Positions 10,023 through 20,200 of a DNA stretch of 64,000 nucleotides are shown in pieces. Location of the stretch: NCBI GenBank assembly GCA_046329585.1, contig JAXLUI010000001.1, forward strand, positions 168,846 through 232,845. The letters are read 5' to 3'. Origin of the DNA: Chitinophagaceae bacterium (GTDB lineage Bacteria > Bacteroidota > Bacteroidia > Chitinophagales > Chitinophagaceae). Within the stretch, counting starts at the first letter, position 1; each line of letters starts with the position of its first letter. The translations under genes and the position numbers were made by a program. A model generated the notes under the pieces. The model worked only from the letters and a program-made list of their open reading frames with translations. It had not been told where the DNA came from and searched no databases.

Positions 10023-10068
10023 GGTATTTTCTTCTGGTCCCGGCTCATGTATTACATGGCATCGCCTC

Positions 10069-10087
10069 TTGCGTCGCACACTTGTAC
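10069..10087 (+). repeat. Family-1 repeat (forward), left arm of the pair upstream of A2M-1
   Basis: ttgcgtcgcacacttgtac, preceded by catggcatcgcctc. Confidence 0.85.
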
Positions 10088-10182
10088 TGCAGAACATTGC
10101 TGAAGGCTGGAGTTTCTGAACCGGTTTTTTGTTGCTGAAATGGCTTGGGCATTTCCCGTTGTTGCTGAATCGGGAGCTAAGC

Positions 10183-10202
10183 GCACAAGTGTGCGACGCA
10201 AC
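10183..10202 (-). repeat. Family-1 repeat (reverse), right arm of the pair upstream of A2M-1
   Basis: gcacaagtgtgcgacgcaac. Confidence 0.85.
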
Positions 10203-10316
10203 AAAAGCCCAATAGATAGCACAAGCCGGGCCCAGAATGTTTTGTAAGCTGTATGTAATCCCGGGCAGATTTGCATCCTTGCGCTAATAGCTTATTTTTA
10301 AACCAATACTGCATTT

Positions 10317-13300
10317 ATGAGAAGAGAACTGCTACTCCTCGTACTCATTGCTTTTTGTTGCAGCGCCACTGCACAACACGCTGAAGACTTTCGACAAGCA
10401 TGGCATACGATCGACTCGCTGATGGTTGAAAAAGATCTTCCTGCTTCGGCGCTTGCAAAGGTCGATTCATTGTATAAAGCCGCAAAGGAGCAACACCGGG
10501 ACGACGAGATGATAAAGGCAGTTGTATACAAACTTTCAATCGACAGCAAGATTACAGAGCACAACATCAACGTTACTTACCGGTTATTGTGGAACGAAAT
10601 GAAAGATGCGACAACGCCTGTAACCAAGGCTGTTCTGCAGGCACTGCTTGCCGATAAAATCAATAAGCTTTACACGCAAAATATATGGCAAAACCAAAAC
10701 AGGAAAACGGTCCCGGGGAACAAGGACAGCGATATAACCAGTTGGAGCAATGAACAACTCGTTGCAGCAACAGACAGCCTTTACGAGGAGTCACTTTCTC
10801 AGGAAAGCCTATTACGTAACATTAATATCTCAGCCTATGCAGGCATAGTGCTGAGTGGTAATACTCCCGGGATTAGAACAACACTGTATGATGTGCTGGC
10901 GCACCAGGCACTTGACTACTACAAGACGGGGCTGCGTTATATAACTGAACCGGCTTATGCTTTTAAGCTGACAGACAAAAACTGCCTGGCTGTTACGGAT
11001 GATTTCATAAAGGCCGGCTTTTCCTCAAAAGACAGTGCATCGCATTTATTGAAATCAATTCACCTGTTCCAGCAGTTGCTGGCATTTCATCATAACGATT
11101 TAAATGCAGAAGCCTTTGTGGATGTAGCAATTGAACGCATTCTCTGGGTAAACACATTCGGTTCTTTCGACAACAAGGATGTACTTTATGTAAACGCGCT
11201 TCAGGACATTGCTGCGAAATACGCTAAAACAAGATCCGCTGCAGAGGCCTGGTTTCTTTTAGCCGACCGTGAATCTCAAAAGGCGGATTCTTATAAACCA
11301 ACCGGCGACTCGCTGAACAGGTATGGGTATATAAAAGCAAAAACAACTATCCTCGAACGGTTCAAGGCAATGCCGGATCATTGTTTGGGCAACGATGAAA
11401 TGAACGCCTTGCTTCACAGGATTACTAGCCCGGAGTTGAATACCGTAGCTGAAAATAATAATGTAGCCGGCCAGCCATTCAGACTATTGGTAAAATATAG
11501 GAACGTAGATACCCTGTATGCAAAAGTATTATCACAGCAAGATGTAAACAAAACCGCCCGTAAAAAAACTTATAACAAGTGGAGAGATTTGCCCGCAGTT
11601 AAGGCTTTGCAAACATTTGAGCAATGGCTACCGAAAACAAACGACTACCAGGAGCACAGTGTTGAGGTAAAAATAGACGCACTGCCGGTGGGCGACTACA
11701 GCATATTGTTCAGCAACAGTAAAGACTTCAACAACGATAAAGACAAACTCGTGTTGCAAACACTGAGTGTTTCGGAGCTCGCTTATATGCACAATGAATA
11801 TGACTACTTCGTGGTGAATCGGGAAACTGGGCATCCGGTCAAAGATGTGAAAGTCAGGGGAACAATTGAAGTAAAACGAAAAGGCAAAGACGACTGGAAA
11901 ACAAAAAAAATAAAACCGGTTTACACAGACTCGAATGGCCACATCGCATTACCTGTTGATCTAAAAAACAAGAACCGATATGGAGATGCAGACCTTCAGT
12001 TTTCAAAAGGAAAAGAAGTTTTATATTCTTTTGATCGGGCGTTTGGCTACAGCTACAGCAATAGTGAAGATGAGGATGACGACGAAGATGATTCAACTTA
12101 TGAAGATGATAACTCGTTCGTGCATTTTTTTACGGACAGAAGTATCTACCGTCCAGGCCAAACAGTTTATTTTAAAGGCATTGTACTCACCAAAGACCGA
12201 AAAACCCGAAAAGAAAAACTGTACCGGTATCCCGATAGTGCCGAGATAGACCTGAACGATGCCAATGGTAAAATGATCGACTCAATGTTTGTAAAAGTGA
12301 ATGAGTACGGCTCTTTCAGTGGAAAATTCCGTTTGCCTCAAAATGCGCTCACCGGTGAATTTTCTATAGACAGCTACGATTTCATGGATGGGGAGATCGA
12401 ATTCAACGTGGAAGAATATAAGCGCCCAACATTCTATATGGAATTTGATGGCATAAAAACCGCTTACCGGGTTAAAGACACGATTACTATTTCCGGCTAT
12501 ATAAAAGCCTATGCCGGTAACGCGGTCGACAACGCAAAGCTGACTTACAATGTCGAGCGGTCGGCATCCTTCCCATACCCTTACTTGTTTTGGAAAACGA
12601 GACGCCCTTATTCAGGCACGGAAGAAATCGCAACCGGTTCAGTTGACGTAGATGCAAACGGGAAATTTGAGATCAGGTTTGTTGCTATGCCCGATAGTTC
12701 TGTTGATAAGAACTCAGAACCTTTTTTCAATTTTTCGGTCGACATATCGGTAACTGATGCAAACGGTGAGACAAGGGAAGGCAAAACAAACATCAATATC
12801 GGCTATAAGTCTTTATTGTTGCAGATAACCGTTCCCGGTATAGCAGATGCCGGGAATTTTCAAAACATATTTGTTACCACAAAAAACTGCGCAGGGGAGA
12901 ATGTTCCCGCCAATGTTCTGCTAAAGGTAAGCAAATTAAAGGTTCCCTCAAAAGCCTACCGCACCCGGCAATGGGAAAGACCAGACCAGTTCATTTTCGA
13001 CAAGGCGGCCTACCAAAATTACTTTCCAAACGATGAATACGAAGCGGAAGCCGACTACCATGAATGGGTTAAAATGCCAGCCGAGGTGCTTGACACATTC
13101 AATACGGCAACGAGTTCGGCGTTCAGGATAAAACAACCCCTGCTGCAGGGCTGGTATTGCGTTGAAGCAACAACAAAAGATAATGATGGCATGGAAGTAA
13201 AAGACGTTCGCTACTTCCAGTTGTACGATATGGACGAACCAGGGCTTCCATCTCCCCAGGTGAATTTTTCTAAAGTGCTAAACAATTCGGGTTTGTCCGG

Positions 13301-16300
13301 AGACAGGATGCAGCTAATGCTTGGAACAAGCGAAAGCGATGTATTTGCCATTCAGAAATTAACCCGGCAGGGAACGGATACGACGGGTTCTTTAAATTAT
13401 ATTAACCTGGACAATGGAAAACAAAAGCTCACATATGTGCTTAAGCCTACAGACAAAGATAATCTCGGTATGTTCTACGCCTTTATTAAACACAATTGCT
13501 TTTATACAGGAGGAATGCAGGTATATATAAACGATGCCTTGAAAAACCTGCAGATAACTTATTCAACCTATCGCAATAAAACAGAACCAGGAAGCAAAGA
13601 AACCTGGTCGGTGCAGGTAACCAACCCGGCAAACTCGAAGACTGATGCGGAAGTATTAACGGCTATGTATGATGCTTCACTTGACCAGTTTAAAAAACAC
13701 GAGTGGGAGATCCCAGTTTCTGAAAGACGCACGTATATCCGCAACGAATGGCAGGCAGATAATTTTGGAAGGCAGTCATCGGATGCGAACATGCTGCCCG
13801 GTTTTATTATTACAGAGACAAAGCAGTATGCGAAGCTTGGAAAAAGTATTACGGATTTCGTTTCGGGTTATCAGCCCTTAAGCACAAGGCCGGCGGCTAT
13901 CAAGACAGCATTTAGTTTCCCGGAAAATACGCCTGCCAACTATCTCCGGATATTGGGTGTAGTAAAAAGTATGAGAGACAAAGAACCGGTTGCCGGTGTT
14001 ACCGTGCTGGCAAAAAATAACAGCATAGGCACAACTACAAACGCTGCGGGTGAATTTGCTTTAGCGGTTCCACCAAATACAGAAAGTCTAATAATGAGTT
14101 CCGTTGGGTTCCAGTCTTTAGAGGTTCGGCTTGACAAAACCACGGTCCAGGCATTTTTAAAAGAACAGTCTTCTAACCTTAACGAAGTGGTAGTAACCGG
14201 ATACGGCAGCGCATTAAAGAAAGATCTTACAGGTTCGGTGGCTGGTATCCAGGTACAGGCATTGTCAGATACTGTTTCTTTTAAGATGAAAATACGGGGT
14301 ATCGCCAGCGTAGCTGACGCCAATACGTTGCTCGTGATTGTCGACGGCGTAGTGGTTGACAAAAAGATCGGTGATATTAACACAAGCGACATCGAATTTG
14401 TAACAGTTTTAAAGGGTGCCGAAGCAGTAAATATCTATGGTACCAGCGCAGCCAGCGGGGCTATTCTTGTTACTACCAAAGAATACGCCTTGCGCAATGG
14501 AAACAAGAAAGACGAAACTCCTGTGCTGCGGGTGAGAAAAAATTTTAATGAAACCGCTTTCTTTCTCTCACAATTGCATGCCGATAGCTCGGGGAAATTT
14601 ACTTTCAGCTTCACCATGCCCGATGCATTAACACAATGGAAATGGATGACATTGGCGCATACAAAAGACTTGCAATTTGGATTGCGAAATGAAAACATCG
14701 TAACGCAAAAAACGCTGATGGTACAGCCAAACTTGCCAAGATTTTTTACACAGGACGACACGCTCTTGCTAACCACAAGAATCAGTAACCTGTCCGATTC
14801 GGTAGTCGCTGGCTCTGCTTACGTCGCATTTTTTGACGCCACGACCAACCAGCAATTGAGCAATTTTGCAAAAGCAATCGATGAACAGCAGGTGTTCAAA
14901 GTTGAGGCAGGCAGAACGACTACGATAAAGTTTCCTGTGTACATTCCAACTGGCATCATTAAACCCGTTACAATAAGAGTTATTGCAAGCGCCGGCAAAT
15001 ACAGCGACGGAGAAGAAAACACTTTGCCAGTTCTGAGCAACCGTACGCTGGTAACAGCATCCTTGCCGCTGTTTATGAAAACAGGGGGGGCAAAAAATTT
15101 CAAATTCAACAAGCTAGTGACCAACACTTCAAGCACGGCATCTACTGAAAGCCTTACGGTTGAATATACGCCAGATCCAATATGGGCTTGCATAACGTCG
15201 TTGCCTTACCTGATGGAGTTTCCGCATGAATGCGCCGAGCAAACCTTTAACCGCTTTTATGCAAACGAACTATCGTCTTATATCATTGCAACACATCCGG
15301 CAATAAAAAAAGTGCTGGAAAAATGGCGTACAGATTCCACAGCACAGCTCGGCTCCCTGGTAACGAACCCGGAACTAAAACAGGTACTGCTCAACGAAAC
15401 GCCATGGGTATTTGATGCAGGAAATGAAACCCAACAACGCAACAATCTTGTGCGCCTGCTCGATACAACGGAAAATGACAAGCAGGCAGTGGCCGCGTTG
15501 CAAAAATTAAAACAAATGCAAAAAAAAGACGGAGGCTTTGCGTGGTTTACAGGTGGCCAGTCAGATCGTTACATAACACAGTATATTTTAACAGGAATTG
15601 CAAGGTTGAAAAAAATGTATGCCGTTCCGGAAAATGCGCAAGCCATAATTGATGATATCAGTAGTAAAGCCTTAACCTACCTCGATAAGAGAACATCCGA
15701 CGATTTTGAGGCAATGCTCAAGAGAAAGGTGGATCTCAGCGCTAACCTTCTTGATCCAATCACAGTGCAATATTGGTACATGCGCAGTATGTTTGGCAGT
15801 GAAAATGAAAACGGCTTTCCTGAAAAGGCCTTCCGTTTTGCAAGGGTCCAGGCGGAAAAATACTGGGCAACGCAATCGCCTTATATGCAGGGAATGCTGG
15901 CCATCGCACTCAATAATCTCTTCCCGGTTATAAAGCCACTCACAAAAGTCAGGAACACACAACTCGATATCGTTAATTCCTTAAAAGAAAACGCGGTCAG
16001 CGACTCCGTTAAAGGAACATCCTGGAAAATTAATGACGGTTATCATTGGTACGAGTCGCCGGTAGAAATGCAGTCTTTATTGATCGAAGCATTCGACGAA
16101 ATCATACCTGGTGACAGCATTATCATAGCTATGAAGCAGTGGCTGATTATGAATAAGCAAACCAATAACTGGTCTACCACCAGGGCAACCGCAGATGCAT
16201 GCACCGCATTGCTTTCGGGCGATATAGGCATTCCTTTGCAGTCAACTGTTGTGTCAATTAAATTGGGCGACTCAACCATTGGTAATGATGCAGGAACAGC

Positions 16301-16916
16301 AGCGTATGGCGATGGCACTGGCTATCTCAGGCACCACATCGATGGAAGAAACGTGCAACCTTCTATGGGTAACATCAATGTTACAGTAACTAAAAAAGTG
16401 AATGGCAATTTTCCTGGCGTTTCCTATGGAGCTGTGTACTGGCAATATTTTGAAGACGCAGACAAAGTGACTTCTGCCAATAACGCATCGCCTTTCTTCA
16501 TATCAAAACAGTTGTTCATCGAACAAAATACTGACAAAGGCAAAGTGCTTCGGCAGATCAATGCGGACAATGAATTGAAAGTTGGCGACAAAATAATCAT
16601 TCGCCTTGTCATCAAATGCGACCGCGATATGGAATACATTCATCTTAAAGATATGCGTGCATCAGCGATGGAACCTGACAACGTATTAAGTGAGTACAAA
16701 TGGCAGGACGGAGTTGGTTACTATCAAAGCACGAAAGATGCCTCAACCAATTTCTTTATCAGCAACATCAGCAAAGGAACTTATGTGCTAGAATACCCGG
16801 TTCATCTCACACACAGTGGATCTTTTACCACCGGTATCGCCGGTATTCAATGCATGTATGCCCCGGCCTATGCCGCACACAGCGATGGAATACGCATCAA
16901 CGTGCAACCGCAATAA
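10317..16916 (+). CDS. Alpha-2-macroglobulin (MG2/A2M) family protein, 2,199 aa, with a CAEQ thioester motif and an internal SusC-like CarbopepD_reg + TonB-plug module
   Basis: Signal peptide. Repeated MG-domain starts (FFTDRSIYRPGQTVYFKG). Thioester-region motif FPHECAEQTFNRFYAN. An internal segment YLRILGVVKS...VVVTGYGSALKKDLTGSV...KMKIRGIASV...LLVIVDGVVVD...DIEFVTVLKGAEAVNIYGTSAASGAILVTTK matches a SusC N-terminal module. Confidence 0.8.
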   Translation: MRRELLLLVLIAFCCSATAQHAEDFRQAWHTIDSLMVEKDLPASALAKVDSLYKAAKEQHRDDEMIKAVVYKLSIDSKITEHNINVTYRLLWNEMKDATTPVTKAVLQALLADKINKLYTQNIWQNQNRKTVPGNKDSDITSWSNEQLVAATDSLYEESLSQESLLRNINISAYAGIVLSGNTPGIRTTLYDVLAHQALDYYKTGLRYITEPAYAFKLTDKNCLAVTDDFIKAGFSSKDSASHLLKSIHLFQQLLAFHHNDLNAEAFVDVAIERILWVNTFGSFDNKDVLYVNALQDIAAKYAKTRSAAEAWFLLADRESQKADSYKPTGDSLNRYGYIKAKTTILERFKAMPDHCLGNDEMNALLHRITSPELNTVAENNNVAGQPFRLLVKYRNVDTLYAKVLSQQDVNKTARKKTYNKWRDLPAVKALQTFEQWLPKTNDYQEHSVEVKIDALPVGDYSILFSNSKDFNNDKDKLVLQTLSVSELAYMHNEYDYFVVNRETGHPVKDVKVRGTIEVKRKGKDDWKTKKIKPVYTDSNGHIALPVDLKNKNRYGDADLQFSKGKEVLYSFDRAFGYSYSNSEDEDDDEDDSTYEDDNSFVHFFTDRSIYRPGQTVYFKGIVLTKDRKTRKEKLYRYPDSAEIDLNDANGKMIDSMFVKVNEYGSFSGKFRLPQNALTGEFSIDSYDFMDGEIEFNVEEYKRPTFYMEFDGIKTAYRVKDTITISGYIKAYAGNAVDNAKLTYNVERSASFPYPYLFWKTRRPYSGTEEIATGSVDVDANGKFEIRFVAMPDSSVDKNSEPFFNFSVDISVTDANGETREGKTNINIGYKSLLLQITVPGIADAGNFQNIFVTTKNCAGENVPANVLLKVSKLKVPSKAYRTRQWERPDQFIFDKAAYQNYFPNDEYEAEADYHEWVKMPAEVLDTFNTATSSAFRIKQPLLQGWYCVEATTKDNDGMEVKDVRYFQLYDMDEPGLPSPQVNFSKVLNNSGLSGDRMQLMLGTSESDVFAIQKLTRQGTDTTGSLNYINLDNGKQKLTYVLKPTDKDNLGMFYAFIKHNCFYTGGMQVYINDALKNLQITYSTYRNKTEPGSKETWSVQVTNPANSKTDAEVLTAMYDASLDQFKKHEWEIPVSERRTYIRNEWQADNFGRQSSDANMLPGFIITETKQYAKLGKSITDFVSGYQPLSTRPAAIKTAFSFPENTPANYLRILGVVKSMRDKEPVAGVTVLAKNNSIGTTTNAAGEFALAVPPNTESLIMSSVGFQSLEVRLDKTTVQAFLKEQSSNLNEVVVTGYGSALKKDLTGSVAGIQVQALSDTVSFKMKIRGIASVADANTLLVIVDGVVVDKKIGDINTSDIEFVTVLKGAEAVNIYGTSAASGAILVTTKEYALRNGNKKDETPVLRVRKNFNETAFFLSQLHADSSGKFTFSFTMPDALTQWKWMTLAHTKDLQFGLRNENIVTQKTLMVQPNLPRFFTQDDTLLLTTRISNLSDSVVAGSAYVAFFDATTNQQLSNFAKAIDEQQVFKVEAGRTTTIKFPVYIPTGIIKPVTIRVIASAGKYSDGEENTLPVLSNRTLVTASLPLFMKTGGAKNFKFNKLVTNTSSTASTESLTVEYTPDPIWACITSLPYLMEFPHECAEQTFNRFYANELSSYIIATHPAIKKVLEKWRTDSTAQLGSLVTNPELKQVLLNETPWVFDAGNETQQRNNLVRLLDTTENDKQAVAALQKLKQMQKKDGGFAWFTGGQSDRYITQYILTGIARLKKMYAVPENAQAIIDDISSKALTYLDKRTSDDFEAMLKRKVDLSANLLDPITVQYWYMRSMFGSENENGFPEKAFRFARVQAEKYWATQSPYMQGMLAIALNNLFPVIKPLTKVRNTQLDIVNSLKENAVSDSVKGTSWKINDGYHWYESPVEMQSLLIEAFDEIIPGDSIIIAMKQWLIMNKQTNNWSTTRATADACTALLSGDIGIPLQSTVVSIKLGDSTIGNDAGTAAYGDGTGYLRHHIDGRNVQPSMGNINVTVTKKVNGNFPGVSYGAVYWQYFEDADKVTSANNASPFFISKQLFIEQNTDKGKVLRQINADNELKVGDKIIIRLVIKCDRDMEYIHLKDMRASAMEPDNVLSEYKWQDGVGYYQSTKDASTNFFISNISKGTYVLEYPVHLTHSGSFTTGIAGIQCMYAPAYAAHSDGIRINVQPQ

Positions 16917-16988
16917 ATTTTACAAAAGCTTTTTCATTCGCCAATTGTGTTTTATGTTGCCGGCTGCAGTTTTTCATGGCATCGGCTC

Positions 16989-17007
16989 TTGCGTCGCACT
17001 CTTGTAC
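16989..17007 (+). repeat. Family-1 repeat (forward), left arm of the pair upstream of A2M-2
   Basis: ttgcgtcgcactcttgtac, preceded by catggcatcggctc. This is nearly identical to the 24-nt flank at 10055. Confidence 0.85.
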
Positions 17008-17100
17008 GGTAGCATACAAATCAGAAAAAGCCATAGTCCGCATTTATCATTTGCCGAAGCAGTTGCGGTTTGCGTCTTTGCAGAATTCCGTTCAAACCGC

Positions 17101-17118
17101 ATAAGAGTGCGACGCAAC
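17101..17118 (-). repeat. Family-1 repeat (reverse, variant), right arm of the pair upstream of A2M-2
   Basis: ataagagtgcgacgcaac. Confidence 0.7.
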
Positions 17119-17253
17119 AGTTGATGAGGGCAGTGCAAAAGCCCGGACACAAAAATTACTCGCTGTTTTTAAAATATAGCATGCGGGCTTTATGCATTTT
17201 CTTTAGCATTGCATCCTCCTAATATCACTAAATTGTGTCACCAATTTTTTTTC

Positions 17254-20200
17254 ATGAAAAGGATATTGCTGTTTGTTTTTTTGCTGACCGGGTTTGCTAA
17301 AACGATTTTTGCTCAATCAAAAGACTCCACATACAAAAAACAATGGGCGGAGATCGATTCACTGGTACTTGAAAAAGGTTTGCCAAAATCTGCCTTGAAA
17401 AATACAAATGCTTTGTATACGCAAGCCAAAGCAGAAAAGCAGCAAGATGAAGCAATTAAAGCGCTGCTTTACAGGCTGGCACTCGAACCACAGGTAACAG
17501 AAACCGATGTTAATAAGCAGATCGCGTCCATTAGTGAAGAAATCGCTGCCGCTGGTGATGAAGCCGAAGCAGCCGTGCTGAACACCATACTGGCAGCTGT
17601 GTACGAGGATTTTTTCAACAATAACTCCTACCGTTTCTACAACAGGGCCGCAACAAAAAAATTCGCCAAAGCGGATGTTAATACCTGGAGTGCGGATGAT
17701 TTTAACGATACCATTAGCAGTCTTTATAATAAAGCAATGACTGCTGCAGCCATATTACAACAGCAACCGGCAAACAGGTTTGAAGCACTGGTAATAAAAG
17801 GCAATGCCGGAAACCTTCGCCCGACATTATATGATTTGCTTGCACATAAAGCGTTAGACTTTTACAAAAACAGCAATCGCTTTGTTACAAAGCCGTCGTT
17901 TGCATATGAGATAACTGCGCCAGCAGCCCTGGCTCCTGCTGATGAATTTATCATACATCGCTTTTCATCCGTTGACAGTGCTTCTAATTTGCTACAGGCA
18001 CTTTTACTATTTCAGCAACTAACGAAATTCCACAGCAAAGATGTTGATCCGTCTGCCTATATCGATATAGATATCGAACGCCTTGAATGGGTAAAAGAAA
18101 ATAGTACAATCAATGAAACGGATTCATTATATAAAATTGCACTCGAAGCGATCACCGCAACTTTCCCGGACAATGCAGCAACATCGCAGGCATGGTATCT
18201 TTTGATAAAAATTGTCGCGGACAAGGCGGCTGAATACAATCCGTTTGGCGATACTACGCATCGCTACGGTTATGTAAAAGCAAAACAACAGATCGAAGAA
18301 AGATTGACAAAGCAACCAGCTAAATCAGAAGGCAACAGCAACATGCAGCAGTTGCTCAATGAAATTGTAAAGAAAGAATTAAAAACACAGGTAGAGAATG
18401 TAAATGTGCCAGGCCAGCCCTTCAGGATGTACGTTCAATACCGGAATGTGCAAACAATGCATCTTCGCATTATTAACGCCGCGGCGCTTGCCGGGATGCC
18501 CGGTACGGATCAATATGAAGAAGGCTACTGGAAAGCTGTTACCCAATTGCCTTACCTGACATCATCTATTCAACAACTACCTGATACAAAGGATTACCAG
18601 CAACATGCCACTGAGATAAAAATTGATCCGCTTGAGCCTGGCAGTTACGCAATACTGGCTTCATCATCTGCCAATTTTAATGACAGCACCGATAAACTTA
18701 TGCTGCAACGGTTTGATGTATCTGGCATCAGTTATATTGCCAGCAACGCCGACTATTTTATACTGAACAGGGAAACCGGTCAGCCATTAAAAAATGTAAA
18801 AGTGAAGTATGAATTCCTCCAATGGGATTACAAGGAAAGAGAATTTGTTGTAAGTAATTCAGGCAGCCTGTTGCCAGATGCCAACGGCTTTGTTACCCTG
18901 AAAGATCGTATAAAAGGAAATGACAGGAATTATGCGCTCACCATTTACCAGGGCAAGGACTCTTTGAAGACCAACCAGGATAACCGCTATGTTCCTTACA
19001 ACAACGAAAAAGACGACAAAACAACGCCACCTGATTTTGAAAAAAGGCATACCCAGTTCTATTTCTTTACCGACAGAAGTATTTACCGGCCCGGGCAAAC
19101 CGTTTATTTCAAGGCGATTGCTGTAACAAAAAATCAACAAACAGGCAAACCAATGCTGGCTTCAATAAAGGAAGCATTGAACCTGGTTTTGAAGAATACG
19201 AACGGGCAAAAAATTGATACGATCACTATTAAATTAAACAGCTACGGTTCTCTGTCCGGTTCCTTTAAATTACCGCTACAGACCCTAACCGGCAATTTTT
19301 CCATCATAGCAGAAAAATACAATGGCACTGCAAATTTTAATGTGGAAGACTATAAACGTCCTACATTTTTCGTGGAGTTTGACACGTTAAAATCGACATA
19401 CCGGCTAAACGATAGTATAAAAATAACAGGCGCTGTGAAAGCATACGCGGGGAATAACCTTGATGGCGCAAAAATTAAATTCAATGTGCACCGCGATACA
19501 AGGTTTATTTATCCATGGCTGTTTTGGCGTAAAATAAGGCCGGCTACTTCGTCCCAACAGATTGCACAGGGAGAAATTATAACGGACGCCGAAGGAAAGT
19601 TCGAAATACTTTTCGTAGCACAGCCTGACCGATCCGTCGATAGTTCCGGCGACCCGGTTTTTGATTTTAGCATTGATGCGGCAGTCACAGACATAAATGG
19701 TGAAACAAGAGATGGCAGCACCCAATTATCAGTTGGCTACAAATCGTTGCAACTACAACTCTCAGTTCCCGGCATTGCAGACCTAAACAAGTTTGATACT
19801 ATTGGAGTTACCACCGAAAATTTTTCAGGCAATAAGGTTGCCGCCAATGTAAAACTGAATATCTACCCGCTCACGGTTCCCACTGAAATAGTACGCAACC
19901 GTTATTGGGAAAGACCCGATCAGTTTGTGATGCCGAAAGATGATTACAAAAGATTATTTCCCTACGACGAATATGCTGACGAATCAGATTATCATAGCTG
20001 GGAAAAAAAAGCAAGCGTTTTTTCTGGTTCGGTAAAAACCGCGGACTCATCTTTTATAAAAATTGCAAAGGGCATTTTAAAACAAGGCTGGTATGCAATA
20101 GAAGCCGTAAGCAAAGACAAAGATGGTAACGAAGTAAAGGATGTCGCTTATACCGCGTTGTATGATGAACAATCGGCTTCACTCCCCTCGCCTCAGATCG

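Noticed and set aside
13940-15193. Antisense ORFs within the A2M genes (13940-14392 minus; 14819-15193 minus; similar ones at 19405-21062)
   Set aside because: They are embedded opposite the long A2M reading frames. They are Ser/Thr/Val-rich translations typical of antisense frames.
16700-17124. ORFs 16700-17104 and 16816-17124 spanning the A2M-1 stop and the repeat pair
   Set aside because: They overlap the 3' end of a real gene and run through non-coding repeat sequence. There is no start context and no homology.
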